Positions 1 through 12,293 are shown, counted from the first letter of the stretch. The stretch is DNA of 64,000 nucleotides from Gammaproteobacteria bacterium (GCA_046565985.1 JBKHXN010000044.1:9944-73943); one strand, 5' to 3'. Notes: a model not told the origin generated them from the sequence alone. Program-made: numbers and translations.

Positions 1-2532
1 GAGATACTGCTGGTGGGGCACGGCATGGTCGGCCAGCGCTTCCTGGAGCAGCTGGCAGAATCGGGCATGCCCTGCACGGTCACCGTACTGTGCGAGGAAC
101 CGCGCCCTGCCTACGACCGGGTCCAGCTGTCGGCCTACTTCAGCGGCAGGACAGCGGCGGAGCTCTCCCTCACGCCTGCGGATTTCTTCGAGCGCAACGG
201 CTACACGCTGCGCCTGGGCGATCGCGCCGTGAGCGTCGACCGCGCCCAGCGCACGGTGCTGACCGCGCGCGGCGACACGCTGCGCTACGACGTGCTGGTG
301 CTGGCCACCGGCTCCTATCCCTTCGTGCCGCCGCTGCCGGGCAAGGACCGTCCGGCCTGCCTGGTGTACCGCACGATCGAGGATCTGGACGCCATCCGCA
401 GCGCCGCCAACGGCGCGCGCACCGGCGCCGTGGTCGGCGGCGGCCTGCTCGGTCTGGAGGCGGCAAAGGCCCTGCAGGATCTGGGCCTGACCACCCACGT
501 GGTCGAGTTTGCGCCGCGGCTGATGGCGGTGCAGATCGACGACCTCGGCGGCCGCCTGCTGCAACGCAAGATCGAGGCGATCGGTGTGCAGGTGCATACG
601 CAGAAGAACACGCTGGCGATCGTGGATGGAGAGTCTGCGCGCCATCGCATGACCTTCGCGGACGGCAGTCACCTGGAGACCGATCTGGTGCTGTTCTCGG
701 CCGGTATCCGCCCGCGCGACGAGCTGGCGCGTGGCTGCCAGCTGGAAGTGGGTCCGCGCGGCGGTATCGTCATCGGTGACGACTGCCGCACCGGCGATCC
801 GGCGATCTACGCCATCGGCGAATGCGCGCTGTGGAACGGGCGGATCTTCGGCCTGGTCGCGCCCGGCTACGACATGGCGCGGGTGGCGGCGGCACAGATC
901 GCCGCCAGCAGCGGGCACGCTGCCGCGCCGCCGGTCTTCACCGGCGCCGACATGAGCACCAAGCTCAAGCTGCTGGGCGTGGACGTCGCCTCCATCGGCG
1001 ATGCGCACGGCAGCACACCGGGCAGCCTGCATTATCTGTTCAGCGACGAGGTGGCCGGGCTCTACAAGAAGCTGGTGGTGAGCGCCGACCGCCAGAGGCT
1101 GCTCGGCGCGGTGCTGGTCGGCGACACCCAGGATTACGGCAACCTGCTGCAGCTCGCGCTCAACGGCATCACCCTGCCGGCGCATCCGGAAGATCTGATC
1201 CTGCCGGCGCGCGAGGGTGCGCCCAAGTCCGGTCTGGGCGTGGACCTGCTGCCCGAGACCGCCACCATCTGCTCCTGCAACAACGTCAGCAAGGGTGCGC
1301 TGTGCGCCGCCATCGGAGAGGGGCAGACCTCGCTGGGTGCGCTCAAGAAATGCACCAAGGCCGCCAGCACCTGCGGCGGCTGTGCGCCCCTGGTCAAGCA
1401 GATCCTCGACGCCGAGCTGCGGCGGCGCGGGGAGACCGTGCTCAATCATCTCTGCGAACATTTTCCGCACTCACGGCAGGAGCTCTTCCATCTGGTCAAG
1501 CTGGGGCAGCTCAAGACCTATGACGAGATCCTGGTCCGCCACGGCCAGGGGCGCGGCTGCGACGTCTGCAAGCCGGCGCTGGCAAGCATCCTGGCCAGTG
1601 CCTGGAACGAGCACGTGCTCAAGCCACGCCACGCCAGCATCCAGGACACCAACGACTATTACCTCGCCAACCTGCAGAAGGACGGCAGCTACTCGGTGGT
1701 GCCGCGCATACCCGGCGGCGAGATCACGCCGGAAAAGCTCATCGTGATCGGCCGCGTGGCGCAGCGCTTCGGGCTCTACACCAAGATCACCGGAGGCCAG
1801 CGCATTGACCTGTTCGGCGCGCGCGTCGAGCAGCTGCCGCTGATCTGGAAGGATCTGGTGGACGCCGGCTTCGAATCCGGCCATGCCTACGGCAAGGCCA
1901 TGCGCACGGTGAAATCCTGCGTCGGCTCCACCTGGTGCCGCTACGGCGTGCAGGACTCGGTGGCCATGGCCATCCGCATCGAGCAGCGCTATCGCGGGCT
2001 GCGCTCCCCGCACAAGATCAAGCTCGCCGTCTCGGGCTGCACCCGCGAGTGTGCCGAGGCGCAGGGCAAGGACGTGGGCGTGATCGCCACCGAAAAGGGC
2101 TGGAATCTCTACGTCGGCGGCAACGGCGGGATGAAGCCGCGCCACGCCGAGCTGCTGGCCACGGATCTCGATGACGCCACCCTGATCCGCTACATAGACC
2201 GCTTCCTGATGTTCTACATCCGCACCGCCGACCGGCTGCAGCGCACCTCGGTGTGGATGGAGAACATCGAAGGCGGACTGGCCTACGTGCAGCAGGTGGT
2301 GTGCGCCGACTCGCTGGGCATCGGCGCCGAACTGGAAGCCGAGATGCAGACCCTCGTGGACCGCTACGAGTGCGAGTGGAAGAAAGCGATCGAGGATCCG
2401 GCCACGCTGCGGCGCTTCCGCCACTTCGTCAATTCGCAGGAACCGGATCCGGCGATCCAGTTCGTGGACGAGCGCGGCCAGATCCGCCCGGCCCGCGCCA
2501 GCGAGCGGGTGCCCGTGAGCGAGGAGGGCTGA
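1..2532 (+). CDS. nirB: Assimilatory nitrite reductase [NAD(P)H], large subunit (5' end truncated by the window edge)
   Basis: The frame is open from base 1 (EILLVGHGMVGQRFL). It has the FAD motif GGGLLGLE, BFD-like CSCNNV and CEHF..CDVC motifs, and siroheme/4Fe-4S motifs (KSCVGSTWC, SGCTRECAE). Confidence 0.96.
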   Translation, partial: EILLVGHGMVGQRFLEQLAESGMPCTVTVLCEEPRPAYDRVQLSAYFSGRTAAELSLTPADFFERNGYTLRLGDRAVSVDRAQRTVLTARGDTLRYDVLVLATGSYPFVPPLPGKDRPACLVYRTIEDLDAIRSAANGARTGAVVGGGLLGLEAAKALQDLGLTTHVVEFAPRLMAVQIDDLGGRLLQRKIEAIGVQVHTQKNTLAIVDGESARHRMTFADGSHLETDLVLFSAGIRPRDELARGCQLEVGPRGGIVIGDDCRTGDPAIYAIGECALWNGRIFGLVAPGYDMARVAAAQIAASSGHAAAPPVFTGADMSTKLKLLGVDVASIGDAHGSTPGSLHYLFSDEVAGLYKKLVVSADRQRLLGAVLVGDTQDYGNLLQLALNGITLPAHPEDLILPAREGAPKSGLGVDLLPETATICSCNNVSKGALCAAIGEGQTSLGALKKCTKAASTCGGCAPLVKQILDAELRRRGETVLNHLCEHFPHSRQELFHLVKLGQLKTYDEILVRHGQGRGCDVCKPALASILASAWNEHVLKPRHASIQDTNDYYLANLQKDGSYSVVPRIPGGEITPEKLIVIGRVAQRFGLYTKITGGQRIDLFGARVEQLPLIWKDLVDAGFESGHAYGKAMRTVKSCVGSTWCRYGVQDSVAMAIRIEQRYRGLRSPHKIKLAVSGCTRECAEAQGKDVGVIATEKGWNLYVGGNGGMKPRHAELLATDLDDATLIRYIDRFLMFYIRTADRLQRTSVWMENIEGGLAYVQQVVCADSLGIGAELEAEMQTLVDRYECEWKKAIEDPATLRRFRHFVNSQEPDPAIQFVDERGQIRPARASERVPVSEEG

Positions 2533-2533
2533 G

Positions 2534-2887
2534 ATGACCCAGTCCGCGCGTTGGACCTATGTCTGCCGCCTGCACGAGATCGTGCCCAATACCGGCGTCT
2601 GCGCCAGGGTGGGCAAGACCCAGGTGGCGGTCTTCCGCCTGGTCTCGCCGCAGGGCGAGGAGGAGGGTGTGCACGCCATTGCCAACCATGACCCGCAGGC
2701 CAGTGCCAATGTGCTGTCGCGCGGCCTGGTCGGGGATCTGGGCGGCGAGCGGGTGGTGGCTTCCCCGGTCTACAAGCATCACTACAGCCTGCTCAGCGGC
2801 CGCTGCCTGGAGGATGAGCATCTGCGCGTCGCGGTCTATCCCGTGCGGCTCAGCGAGGACGGGCTGATCCTGGTATGCGTGCCGTGA
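2534..2887 (+). CDS. nirD: Nitrite reductase small subunit (Rieske-like)
   Basis: NHDPQASANVLSRGLVGD and VASPVYKHHYSL motifs; starts 1 nt after the nirB stop. Confidence 0.95.
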   Translation: MTQSARWTYVCRLHEIVPNTGVCARVGKTQVAVFRLVSPQGEEEGVHAIANHDPQASANVLSRGLVGDLGGERVVASPVYKHHYSLLSGRCLEDEHLRVAVYPVRLSEDGLILVCVP

Positions 2888-4116
2888 AACCACGGCGGCT
2901 GGTGGTGGTGGGCAACGGCATGGCCGCCGTGCGCACCCTGGAAGAACTCCTGCGCGTGGCGCCCGGACAGTTTCATATCAGCGTGCTCGGCGCCGAGGCG
3001 CACGGGCATTACAACCGCATCGGCCTCACGCCGGTGCTCGCCGGCGAGAAATCCTTTGCCGACATCCTGACTCACGACCATGACTGGTACGCCGCACAGG
3101 GCATCACGCTGTACGCCGGCGACCCCGCCGTGGCGATCGACCGCCAGCGGCGTGAGGTCCATTCCCGTCAGGGCCGGGTCCTGCCCTACGACCGGCTGCT
3201 GATCGCCACCGGTTCCACCCCCTTCGTCCCGGCGCTCCCCGGGCATGACCTGCCCGGCGTGCTGTGCTTCCGGGACATCGAGGACGTGGAACACATGCTG
3301 GCGGCGGGACGCCAGGGGGGGCGCCGCGCCGTGGTCGTGGGTGGCGGCCTGCTGGGCCTGGAAGCCGCCTGTGGCCTGCTGCATCGGGGTATGCAGGTCA
3401 GCGTGGTGCACGTGCACGCGCAGCTCATGGAGCGCCAGCTCGACCCCTACGCCGCCGCGCTGCTGCAGGCCGCGCTGGAGCGGCGCGGCCTGCGCTTCAT
3501 CCTGCCCGCGCGTACCCTGGCCATCCTCGGCGACCGCCAGGCCCGGGGCCTGCGCCTGGAAGACGGGCGCGAGTGCGCCGCCGAGCTGGTGGTGATGGCC
3601 ACCGGCGTGCGCCCCAACATCGCCCTGGCGCAGCAGGCTGGGTTGTACTGCGAGCGCGCGCTGGTGGTGGACGACACCCTGCAGACCCTGACTGACCCGC
3701 GCATCTACGCCGTGGGCGAATGCGTGCAGCACCGCCAGACCACCTACGGTCTGGTCGCCCCGCTGTACGAACAGGCACGGGTCTGCGCCCAGCACCTCGC
3801 CGGTCTGGGCACGGGCCGCTACAGCGGATCGCAGACCGGCACGCGCCTCAAGGTAACGGGGATCGATCTGTTCTCGGCCGGCGAGCACGCCGGCGGCCCG
3901 GGAACCCAGGACCTCTATTACCGGGACCCCGCGCAGGGCGTGTACAAGCGTCTGGCGCTGCGCAACGGCCGCCTCACCGGCGTGCTGCTGATGGGTGATG
4001 TGCGTGACAGCGCTTGGTACTTCGACCTGCTGCAACGCGGCGTGGACGTTGGCCCTTGGCGTGATCGGCTGCTGTTCGGCCGCGCCCGCTGCGAACCGCT
4101 GGCGCAGGCCGCCTGA
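2884..4116 (+). CDS. NAD(P)H/FAD-dependent electron-transfer subunit of assimilatory nitrate reductase (NasC-like, resembles the NirB N-terminal half)
   Basis: VVVGNGMAA, GGGLLGLEAA and AVGEC motifs. It lacks the siroheme domain. The GTG start at 2884 overlaps the nirD stop (GTGA). Confidence 0.85.
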   Translation: MKPRRLVVVGNGMAAVRTLEELLRVAPGQFHISVLGAEAHGHYNRIGLTPVLAGEKSFADILTHDHDWYAAQGITLYAGDPAVAIDRQRREVHSRQGRVLPYDRLLIATGSTPFVPALPGHDLPGVLCFRDIEDVEHMLAAGRQGGRRAVVVGGGLLGLEAACGLLHRGMQVSVVHVHAQLMERQLDPYAAALLQAALERRGLRFILPARTLAILGDRQARGLRLEDGRECAAELVVMATGVRPNIALAQQAGLYCERALVVDDTLQTLTDPRIYAVGECVQHRQTTYGLVAPLYEQARVCAQHLAGLGTGRYSGSQTGTRLKVTGIDLFSAGEHAGGPGTQDLYYRDPAQGVYKRLALRNGRLTGVLLMGDVRDSAWYFDLLQRGVDVGPWRDRLLFGRARCEPLAQAA

Positions 4117-4118
4117 GG

Positions 4119-6848
4119 ATGGACGGGCACGGCCCGCTCACGGTCAAGACCACCTGCCCCTACTGCGGGACGGGCTGCGGCGTGGACGCGCAGCTCAGCG
4201 GCGGCCAGGTCACGATCCGCGGCGACGCCCAGCACCCGGGCAATGCCGGGCGCCTGTGCGTGAAGGGGGCGGCGCTCGGAGAGACGCTCCATCACGCCGG
4301 CCGCCTGCTCTACCCGCAGCTGCGCGCCGACCGGCAGGCGCCTTTCCAGCGCGGCAGCTGGGATCAGGCGCTGGACCGTGTGGCCGGCACCTTCCGCAGG
4401 TTGATCGATACCCACGGACCCGGTGCGGTGGCCTGGTATGTCTCCGGCCAGCTGCTGACCGAGGACTACTACGTGGCCAACAAGCTGGTGAAGGGCTTTG
4501 TCGGCAGCGCCAACATCGACACCAACTCGCGCCTGTGCATGTCCTCTGCCGCTGCCGGTCACAAGCGCGCGTTCGGCGAGGATATCGTGCCGGTGTCCTA
4601 CGCCGATCTGGAGCAGGCTGACCTGGTGGTGCTGGTGGGCAGCAATACCGCCTGGTGTCATCCAATCCTGTTCCAGCGCCTGCTCAAGGCGCGCGAGCGC
4701 CGCCCGGAGCTGCGGCTGGTGGTGGTGGACCCGCGCCGCACCGCGACCAGCGACATGGCCGATCTGCACCTGCCTCTGCGCGGCGGCAGCGACGTGTGGC
4801 TGTTCAACGGCCTGCTGCACCATCTGCACCAGCACGGCGCGCTGGATACGGCCTTCGTGGCACAGCACACCCGGGGCGCGGAAGATGCCCTGCGCGTGGC
4901 GGCGCAGAGCAGCGGCGATCCGGCCGAAGTCGCCCGTCGCTGTGGGCTGATGCCGGATCAGCTGGCCGATTTCTACGCTCTTTTCACCCGCAGCTCGCGC
5001 GTGGTCACGGCCTTCTCCATGGGCGTGAACCAGTCGTCCGCCGGGACCGACAAGGTCAACAGCATCATCAACTGCCACCTGCTGACCGGGCGCATCGGCA
5101 AGCCGGGCGCCGGCCCGTTCTCCCTCACCGGCCAGCCCAACGCCATGGGCGGGCGTGAGGTCGGCGGCCTGTCCAACATGCTCGCCGCGCACCTGGACCT
5201 GGAACAGCCCACGCACCGCGAGCTCGTGCAGGGCTTCTGGAACAGTCCGCGGATCGCCGACAGCCCGGGCCTGCGCGCGGTGGAACTGTTTGACGCCATC
5301 GACAACGGCGAGGTCAAGGCGGTATGGATCATGGCGACCAACCCGGTGGTGAGCCTGCCGGACGCCGACCGCGTGCGCCGTGCGCTGGCGCGCTGCGAGC
5401 TGGTGGTGGTCTCCGACGTGATGGCGCAGACCGATACCACGGCGCAGGCCCACGTCCTGCTGCCCGCGCTGGGCTGGGGCGAGAAAGACGGAACCGTGAC
5501 CAATTCCGAGCGCTGCATCTCACGCCAGCGCGCCTTTCTGCCGGCACCCGGCGAGGCACGGCCGGACTGGTGGGCGCTCAGCGAGATCGCGCGGCGCTGG
5601 GGCTACGCCGCGCAGTTTGCCTATCGGCACCCCGCCGAGATCTTCGACGAGCATGCGCGGCTGAGCCAGTACCGCAACCACGCGGCCGGTGGCGTGCCGC
5701 GCTATTTCAATCTCTCGGGGCTGGCCGGCCTGGACGCGGCGCAGTATGACCGTCTGGCTCCGCAGCGCTGGCCGGTGCTCAGCCCGGACAACCCGGAGAG
5801 CCGCCAGCCGGTGTTTGCCGACGGCCGCTTCTACCACCCGGACGGCCGCGCGCGGCTGGTGCCGGTGATCCCGCGCGAGCCGGTCAGCGCCCCCACAACG
5901 GACTGGCCGCTGGTGCTCAACACCGGCCGCGTGCGCGACCACTGGCACACCATGACCCGCACCGGCCTCTCACCCCGCCTGGCCACGCACTGCGTGGAAC
6001 CCTATGTGGACCTGCACCCAGAGGATGCCGCGCGCTGCCAGGTACGGGAGCGGGAACTGGCGCGCGTGAGTTCGCGCTGGGGCAGCTGCGTGGTGCGGGT
6101 GCGCCTCAGCGGCGAGATGCAGCCGGGCAGCGTCTTCGTGCCGATTCACTGGAACGGACAGTTCGCCTCGTCCGCACGCGTCGGAAGCCTGGTCAACCCG
6201 GTGGTGGATCCGCTATCGGGCGAGCCCGAATTCAAGCACACGCCGGTGCGCGTGGAACCCTGCGTGGTGGCCTGGTATGGCTTCCTGTTGCTGCGCCAGG
6301 ACACGGCGAAAGACCCTGCCGGGCTGCAGGAACGGCTCGCAGCGCTGGCGTGGTGGACGCGCGTGACCGGCGAGCACTACACCCGCTTCGAGCTGGCCGG
6401 CACCCAGCCGGCCGCCGGCGCCATGGCCCTGCTGCTGCAGGACCTGCAGGGAACGGACATCGAATGGCTGGACTACCAGGATGCCGCCGCCGGCATCCAT
6501 CGCCGCATCGCCCTGCGCGACGGCCGGCTGGAGGCCGCCCTGTTCCTGTCAGCCGGCCCCGATCTTCCGGCGCGCAACTGGCTGGGCGGGCTGTTCAGTG
6601 CGTCCGGACTCGACACTGCCACCCGCGCCGCGTTGCTCGGCGGCGAGCCGCCCGCGCAGGGCGAGGAGACGGGTCCGCTGGTGTGCGCCTGCTTCGGCGT
6701 CGGCCGCAACACCCTGCTGCAGGCCATCCGTACCCGGGGCCTGCGCACACCGGCCGCGCTCGGGCAGGCCCTGCGCTGCGGCACCAACTGCGGCTCCTGC
6801 ATACCCGAGCTGAAGCGGCTCATCGACCACGCCGGGAGCAAGGTCTGA
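4119..6848 (+). CDS. nasA: Assimilatory nitrate reductase catalytic subunit (Mo-bisPGD)
   Basis: TTCPYCGTGCG..C 4Fe-4S motif, NSRLCMSSA, GQPNAMGGREVG, and a C-terminal BFD-like CACFGVG..CGTNCGSC. Confidence 0.95.
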   Translation: MDGHGPLTVKTTCPYCGTGCGVDAQLSGGQVTIRGDAQHPGNAGRLCVKGAALGETLHHAGRLLYPQLRADRQAPFQRGSWDQALDRVAGTFRRLIDTHGPGAVAWYVSGQLLTEDYYVANKLVKGFVGSANIDTNSRLCMSSAAAGHKRAFGEDIVPVSYADLEQADLVVLVGSNTAWCHPILFQRLLKARERRPELRLVVVDPRRTATSDMADLHLPLRGGSDVWLFNGLLHHLHQHGALDTAFVAQHTRGAEDALRVAAQSSGDPAEVARRCGLMPDQLADFYALFTRSSRVVTAFSMGVNQSSAGTDKVNSIINCHLLTGRIGKPGAGPFSLTGQPNAMGGREVGGLSNMLAAHLDLEQPTHRELVQGFWNSPRIADSPGLRAVELFDAIDNGEVKAVWIMATNPVVSLPDADRVRRALARCELVVVSDVMAQTDTTAQAHVLLPALGWGEKDGTVTNSERCISRQRAFLPAPGEARPDWWALSEIARRWGYAAQFAYRHPAEIFDEHARLSQYRNHAAGGVPRYFNLSGLAGLDAAQYDRLAPQRWPVLSPDNPESRQPVFADGRFYHPDGRARLVPVIPREPVSAPTTDWPLVLNTGRVRDHWHTMTRTGLSPRLATHCVEPYVDLHPEDAARCQVRERELARVSSRWGSCVVRVRLSGEMQPGSVFVPIHWNGQFASSARVGSLVNPVVDPLSGEPEFKHTPVRVEPCVVAWYGFLLLRQDTAKDPAGLQERLAALAWWTRVTGEHYTRFELAGTQPAAGAMALLLQDLQGTDIEWLDYQDAAAGIHRRIALRDGRLEAALFLSAGPDLPARNWLGGLFSASGLDTATRAALLGGEPPAQGEETGPLVCACFGVGRNTLLQAIRTRGLRTPAALGQALRCGTNCGSCIPELKRLIDHAGSKV

Positions 6849-7582
6849 TGGCGCCGGACATGCTATGGCTGCTGGTCCTCGGCGTGTTGGTGGTGGCCTT
6901 TCTCTATGCCTCGGTCGGCCATGCCGGGGCGTCGGGCTACATCGCGGTGATGTCGCTGCTGAGCATGGCGCCGGAGACGATCAAGCCCGCCGCGCTCTCG
7001 CTCAATATCCTGGTGGCGTCCATCGGCACCTGGCAGTTCTGGCGCGCCGGCCATTTCCGCTGGCATCTGTTCTGGCCGTTTGTGCTGCTCTCGGCGCCGC
7101 TGGCGTTTGTGGGCGGCTACCTCAACCTGCCATCACCGCTATTTCATCTGCTACTGGGCACGGTGCTGCTCTATGCCGCGGCGCAATTCATGCTGCCCGT
7201 GCGTGTGGAGCCGGTGCCGCGCGAGGCGCCCACGCTGCTGGGCGTGGCCTCCGGCGGCGGCATCGGGCTGCTGTCGGGCCTCACCGGCACCGGCGGCGGG
7301 ATCTTCCTCACTCCGCTGATGCTGTTCATGCGCTGGTCGGGCATCAAGGCGGCGGCGGCGGTCTCGGCGCTGTTCATCCTGGTGAACTCCACTGCCGGGC
7401 TGCTGGGCAACCTGAGCAGCACCCAGCAGTTTCCCGCGTTCACCCTCGGGCTGGTGGCAGCGGCGGGGCTGGGCGGCGCCATCGGCGCGCACTGCGGCAG
7501 CCGGCGCTTTGATCCGGCAGTGATCCGGCGCTGCCTGGCGCTGGTGCTGACCATCGCCGGACTCAAGCTGATCCTCAGCTAG
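6848..7582 (+). CDS. Sulfite exporter TauE/SafE (TSUP) family membrane protein
   Basis: YASVGHAGASGY and GLLSGLTGTGGGIFL motifs with about 8 TM segments. The ATG overlaps the nasA stop (TGATG); the track start at 6350 is an over-extension. Confidence 0.88.
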   Translation: MAPDMLWLLVLGVLVVAFLYASVGHAGASGYIAVMSLLSMAPETIKPAALSLNILVASIGTWQFWRAGHFRWHLFWPFVLLSAPLAFVGGYLNLPSPLFHLLLGTVLLYAAAQFMLPVRVEPVPREAPTLLGVASGGGIGLLSGLTGTGGGIFLTPLMLFMRWSGIKAAAAVSALFILVNSTAGLLGNLSSTQQFPAFTLGLVAAAGLGGAIGAHCGSRRFDPAVIRRCLALVLTIAGLKLILS

Positions 7583-7591
7583 GATCCGGAA

Positions 7592-8491
7592 TCAGGGCAG
7601 CAGCGCGTTCCACGCCGGGACAGTCAGCAGCGAGAGCAGGATGCCCGCGCCCAGCACGGTATTGGCCAACTGCGGTTCCAGGCGGTGCTGGTCGGCCAGG
7701 ATGGCGGCGGAGATCATCGGCGCCATCGCCGCCTGCAGTACCCCGATGCTCATCACGGCCCCGCCGATACCGGCCAGCAGCGCCAGGCCATACACCGCCA
7801 GCGGCGCCGCGAGCAGTTTCCAGCCCAGGCCCAGACCCAGCGGCACGGCCTGGCGGTCCCCGAACTGCAGGCGGAAACGCAGGCCCACCGAGAACAGCGC
7901 CAGCGGAGTGAGCGTGGCCCCGAGGCGTCCGAACAGCGATTCCAGCGGCGGCGGCCAACCGCCGAAGTAGCCCGCGGCCACGCCGGCCAGCAGCGCCAGA
8001 AAGGCCGGGAACAGCAGGACCCGGCGCGCCACCTCGCGCGGCGCGGCCACCGCACCGGAATAGACGCTGGTGACCATCACCCCGCCGATGGCGAGCAGCG
8101 GAAAGCAGCCCAGCTGGTCCGCCACCACGGCCAGCGACAGGCCGTCGCGCCCCCGCAGGGCCTCGATCAGCGGATAGCCCATGAACGAGGTATTGCCCAG
8201 ACCACAGACCAGGATCAGTGCACCGATGCGCGCGCGCGACCAGCCCAGCCGCCGCCCCAGCGGCGCGAACAGCAGCCAGGCGCCGCCAAAGACCAGCCAC
8301 TGCGAGGCGATCAGGAACCACAGCTGCGGATCGAAGTGCAGACGCGGGACCAGGTCCAGCACCAGCGCCGGCAGCGCAATCTGGATCACCCACCAGTTGA
8401 GCCCCTGCGCCAGCCCCAGCGGCGGCTGCGCGCAGCGCGCCACGGCGATCCCCAGGGCCAGACAGCCCACCAGCAGCAGGAAGGCGGTCAT
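7592..8491 (-). CDS. AEC (auxin efflux carrier) family transporter
   Basis: GNTSFMGYPL, ATLTPLALFSVG and QAAMAP motifs; multi-TM protein. Confidence 0.88.
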   Translation of the reverse strand: MTAFLLLVGCLALGIAVARCAQPPLGLAQGLNWWVIQIALPALVLDLVPRLHFDPQLWFLIASQWLVFGGAWLLFAPLGRRLGWSRARIGALILVCGLGNTSFMGYPLIEALRGRDGLSLAVVADQLGCFPLLAIGGVMVTSVYSGAVAAPREVARRVLLFPAFLALLAGVAAGYFGGWPPPLESLFGRLGATLTPLALFSVGLRFRLQFGDRQAVPLGLGLGWKLLAAPLAVYGLALLAGIGGAVMSIGVLQAAMAPMISAAILADQHRLEPQLANTVLGAGILLSLLTVPAWNALLP

Positions 8492-8498
8492 GCCGGAA

Positions 8499-10331
<1,833 letters not shown>

Positions 10332-10334
10332 GGG

Positions 10335-11741
10335 TCAGTCCTTTGCCGGCTTGCCGCCGGCCTTGACCGGGCGCTTCCAGCCCGTGACGGTGATCTGCTT
10401 GCCGCGTGCCACGGTGAGCTGCCCGGCGGGGGCATCCTTGGTGAGCGTGCTGCCGGCGCCGACGGTGGCCCCGGCGCCGATCTCCAGCGGCGCCACCAGG
10501 GCGCTGTTGGAGCCGATGAAGGCCCGGTCGCCGATACGGGTCTGATGCTTGTTGGCGCCGTCGTAGTTGCAGGTGATGGTGCCGGCGCCCACGTTGACGT
10601 CCTGGCCCAGCTCGGCATCACCGATATAGCTCAGGTGGTTGACCTTGCTGCCGCGCCCGATGCGCGCCTGCTTGGTCTCCACGAAATTGCCGATGCGGGC
10701 CTGGTCGGCCAGCTCGGTGCCGGGCCGCAGGCGGGCGAACGGGCCGATGTGCACGCCGGCCCCGGCGTTCACGCCGTCGAGCACGCTGTGGGCCTCCACC
10801 ACGCTGCCCGGGCCCAGGCGCACGTTGCGCAGCAGGCAGTAGGGCCCGATCCGCACGCCATCCGCGAGTTGCACCTGACCTTCGAGCACGGTGCCGACAT
10901 CGAACTGCACATCCCGGCCGCAGGCCAGCGTGCCGCGCAGGTCGAAGCGCGCCGGATCGGCGATCTGCACGCCCTCGCGCAGCAGGCGCTCCGCCTGGGC
11001 GCGCTGGTAGTGGCGTTCGGCGCGCGCCAGCTGTACGCGGTCGTTGACGCCCTCGACCTCCTCGGCGCTGGCGGCCATCACCGCCACCACCGGATGCCCG
11101 GCCGCCGCCGCCAGGGCCACGGTGTCGGTCAGGTAGTACTCGCCCTTGGCATTGTGATTGCCCACGCGCGCCAGCCAGCCCTTGAGCTGGGCCGCGGGCG
11201 CACTCATCAGCCCGGTGTTGATTTCGTTGATCTGTTTCTGCTCGGCACTGGCATCGTTCTCCTCGACGATGCCGCGTATCTCGCCATCGGCGCCGCGCAG
11301 GATGCGGCCATAGCCGCGCGGATCGGCCAGGCGCACCGTCACCAGTGCCAGGCTGCCTGCGCCCGCGCGCTGCAGGGCCTGCAGCGTCGTGGCGCCGATC
11401 AAGGGCACATCGCCGTAGAGGATCATCACCTGGGCGGCGTCCGGTATGCCGGGCAGGGCCTGGATCACGGCGTGCGCGGTCCCCAGCTGCTCAGCCTGCA
11501 GCACCCAGTGCACAGCACCGGCGGCCGGCTGAGCGGCGTGCCAGTCGCGCACGGCCTGCGCGCCGTGGCCGTGCACCACGTGGCAGGCACTGGCGCCGAG
11601 CGCCTGCGCGGCCTCCAGCACGTGCGCCAGCATCGGCTTGCCGCCTACCGGATGCAGGACCTTGGGCAGCGCACTCTTCATCCGCGTGCCCTGCCCGGCG
11701 GCAAGCACGATGACGTGCAACGGTGGTGTGGCGGCGGACAT
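10335..11741 (-). CDS. glmU: Bifunctional UDP-GlcNAc pyrophosphorylase / GlcN-1-P acetyltransferase
   Basis: LAAGQGTRMKS, GEYYLTD, GNFVETK, HLSYIGDA and hexapeptide repeats. Confidence 0.99.
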   Translation of the reverse strand: MSAATPPLHVIVLAAGQGTRMKSALPKVLHPVGGKPMLAHVLEAAQALGASACHVVHGHGAQAVRDWHAAQPAAGAVHWVLQAEQLGTAHAVIQALPGIPDAAQVMILYGDVPLIGATTLQALQRAGAGSLALVTVRLADPRGYGRILRGADGEIRGIVEENDASAEQKQINEINTGLMSAPAAQLKGWLARVGNHNAKGEYYLTDTVALAAAAGHPVVAVMAASAEEVEGVNDRVQLARAERHYQRAQAERLLREGVQIADPARFDLRGTLACGRDVQFDVGTVLEGQVQLADGVRIGPYCLLRNVRLGPGSVVEAHSVLDGVNAGAGVHIGPFARLRPGTELADQARIGNFVETKQARIGRGSKVNHLSYIGDAELGQDVNVGAGTITCNYDGANKHQTRIGDRAFIGSNSALVAPLEIGAGATVGAGSTLTKDAPAGQLTVARGKQITVTGWKRPVKAGGKPAKD

Positions 11742-11785
11742 AGTGCGGCTCCCCTTCAGGCTGCCAGTTTACGGCGAGCCAACGC

Positions 11786-11810
11786 AAAAGGGGCCGGCTG
11801 GCCGGCCCCT
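11786..11810 (-). terminator. Rho-independent terminator of the atp operon
   Basis: On the minus strand: GGGGCCGG-ccag-CCGGCCCC followed by TTTT, just downstream of atpC. Confidence 0.65.
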
Positions 11811-11853
11811 CTCGAATACTCCTGCGGCGTGCGCGCTTGCGGCCAACCGGCGT

Positions 11854-12270
11854 TCAGCGGGTCTTCTTGAGATTCTGTACAAACTGCAGACGGGCGGCGG
11901 CCTCGATCAGCTCGGCCTGGGCGCGTGCCACGTCGATATCGCTCTTGGCGTTGGCCAGCGCGTCCTCGGCCGCTTCCTTGGCCTTGGCGGCGGCGGCTTC
12001 GTCGGCATCCTTGGCGCGCAGGGCGGTATCGGCGAGCACCGTGACCAGGTGCGGCTGGATCTCCAGGATGCCGCCGCCGACGAAGAACTTCAGCTCCTCG
12101 CCACCGGCCTGCTGCACGCGCACCGTGCCGGGTTTGAGCCGGGTCAGCAGGGGCGCGTGGCGCGGCGCGATGCCGACTTCACCCATCTCTGCCGGCGCAA
12201 AGACCATGGTGGCCTCACCCGTGTGGATGTGGCCTTCGGCAGACACGATGTCGACATGCAGAGCGGTCAT
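11854..12270 (-). CDS. atpC: ATP synthase F1 epsilon subunit
   Basis: LHVDIVSAE..GEVGIAPRHAPLLT. The ATG at 12270 is preceded by an AGGAG SD. Confidence 0.97.
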   Translation of the reverse strand: MTALHVDIVSAEGHIHTGEATMVFAPAEMGEVGIAPRHAPLLTRLKPGTVRVQQAGGEELKFFVGGGILEIQPHLVTVLADTALRAKDADEAAAAKAKEAAEDALANAKSDIDVARAQAELIEAAARLQFVQNLKKTR

Positions 12271-12293
12271 GGGCAATTCTCCTGACGCCGGCC

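Noticed and set aside
2884-4116. Second NirB-like ORF as a truncated nirB pseudogene
   Set aside because: It is an intact, coupled ORF matching the known NasC-type diaphorase architecture.
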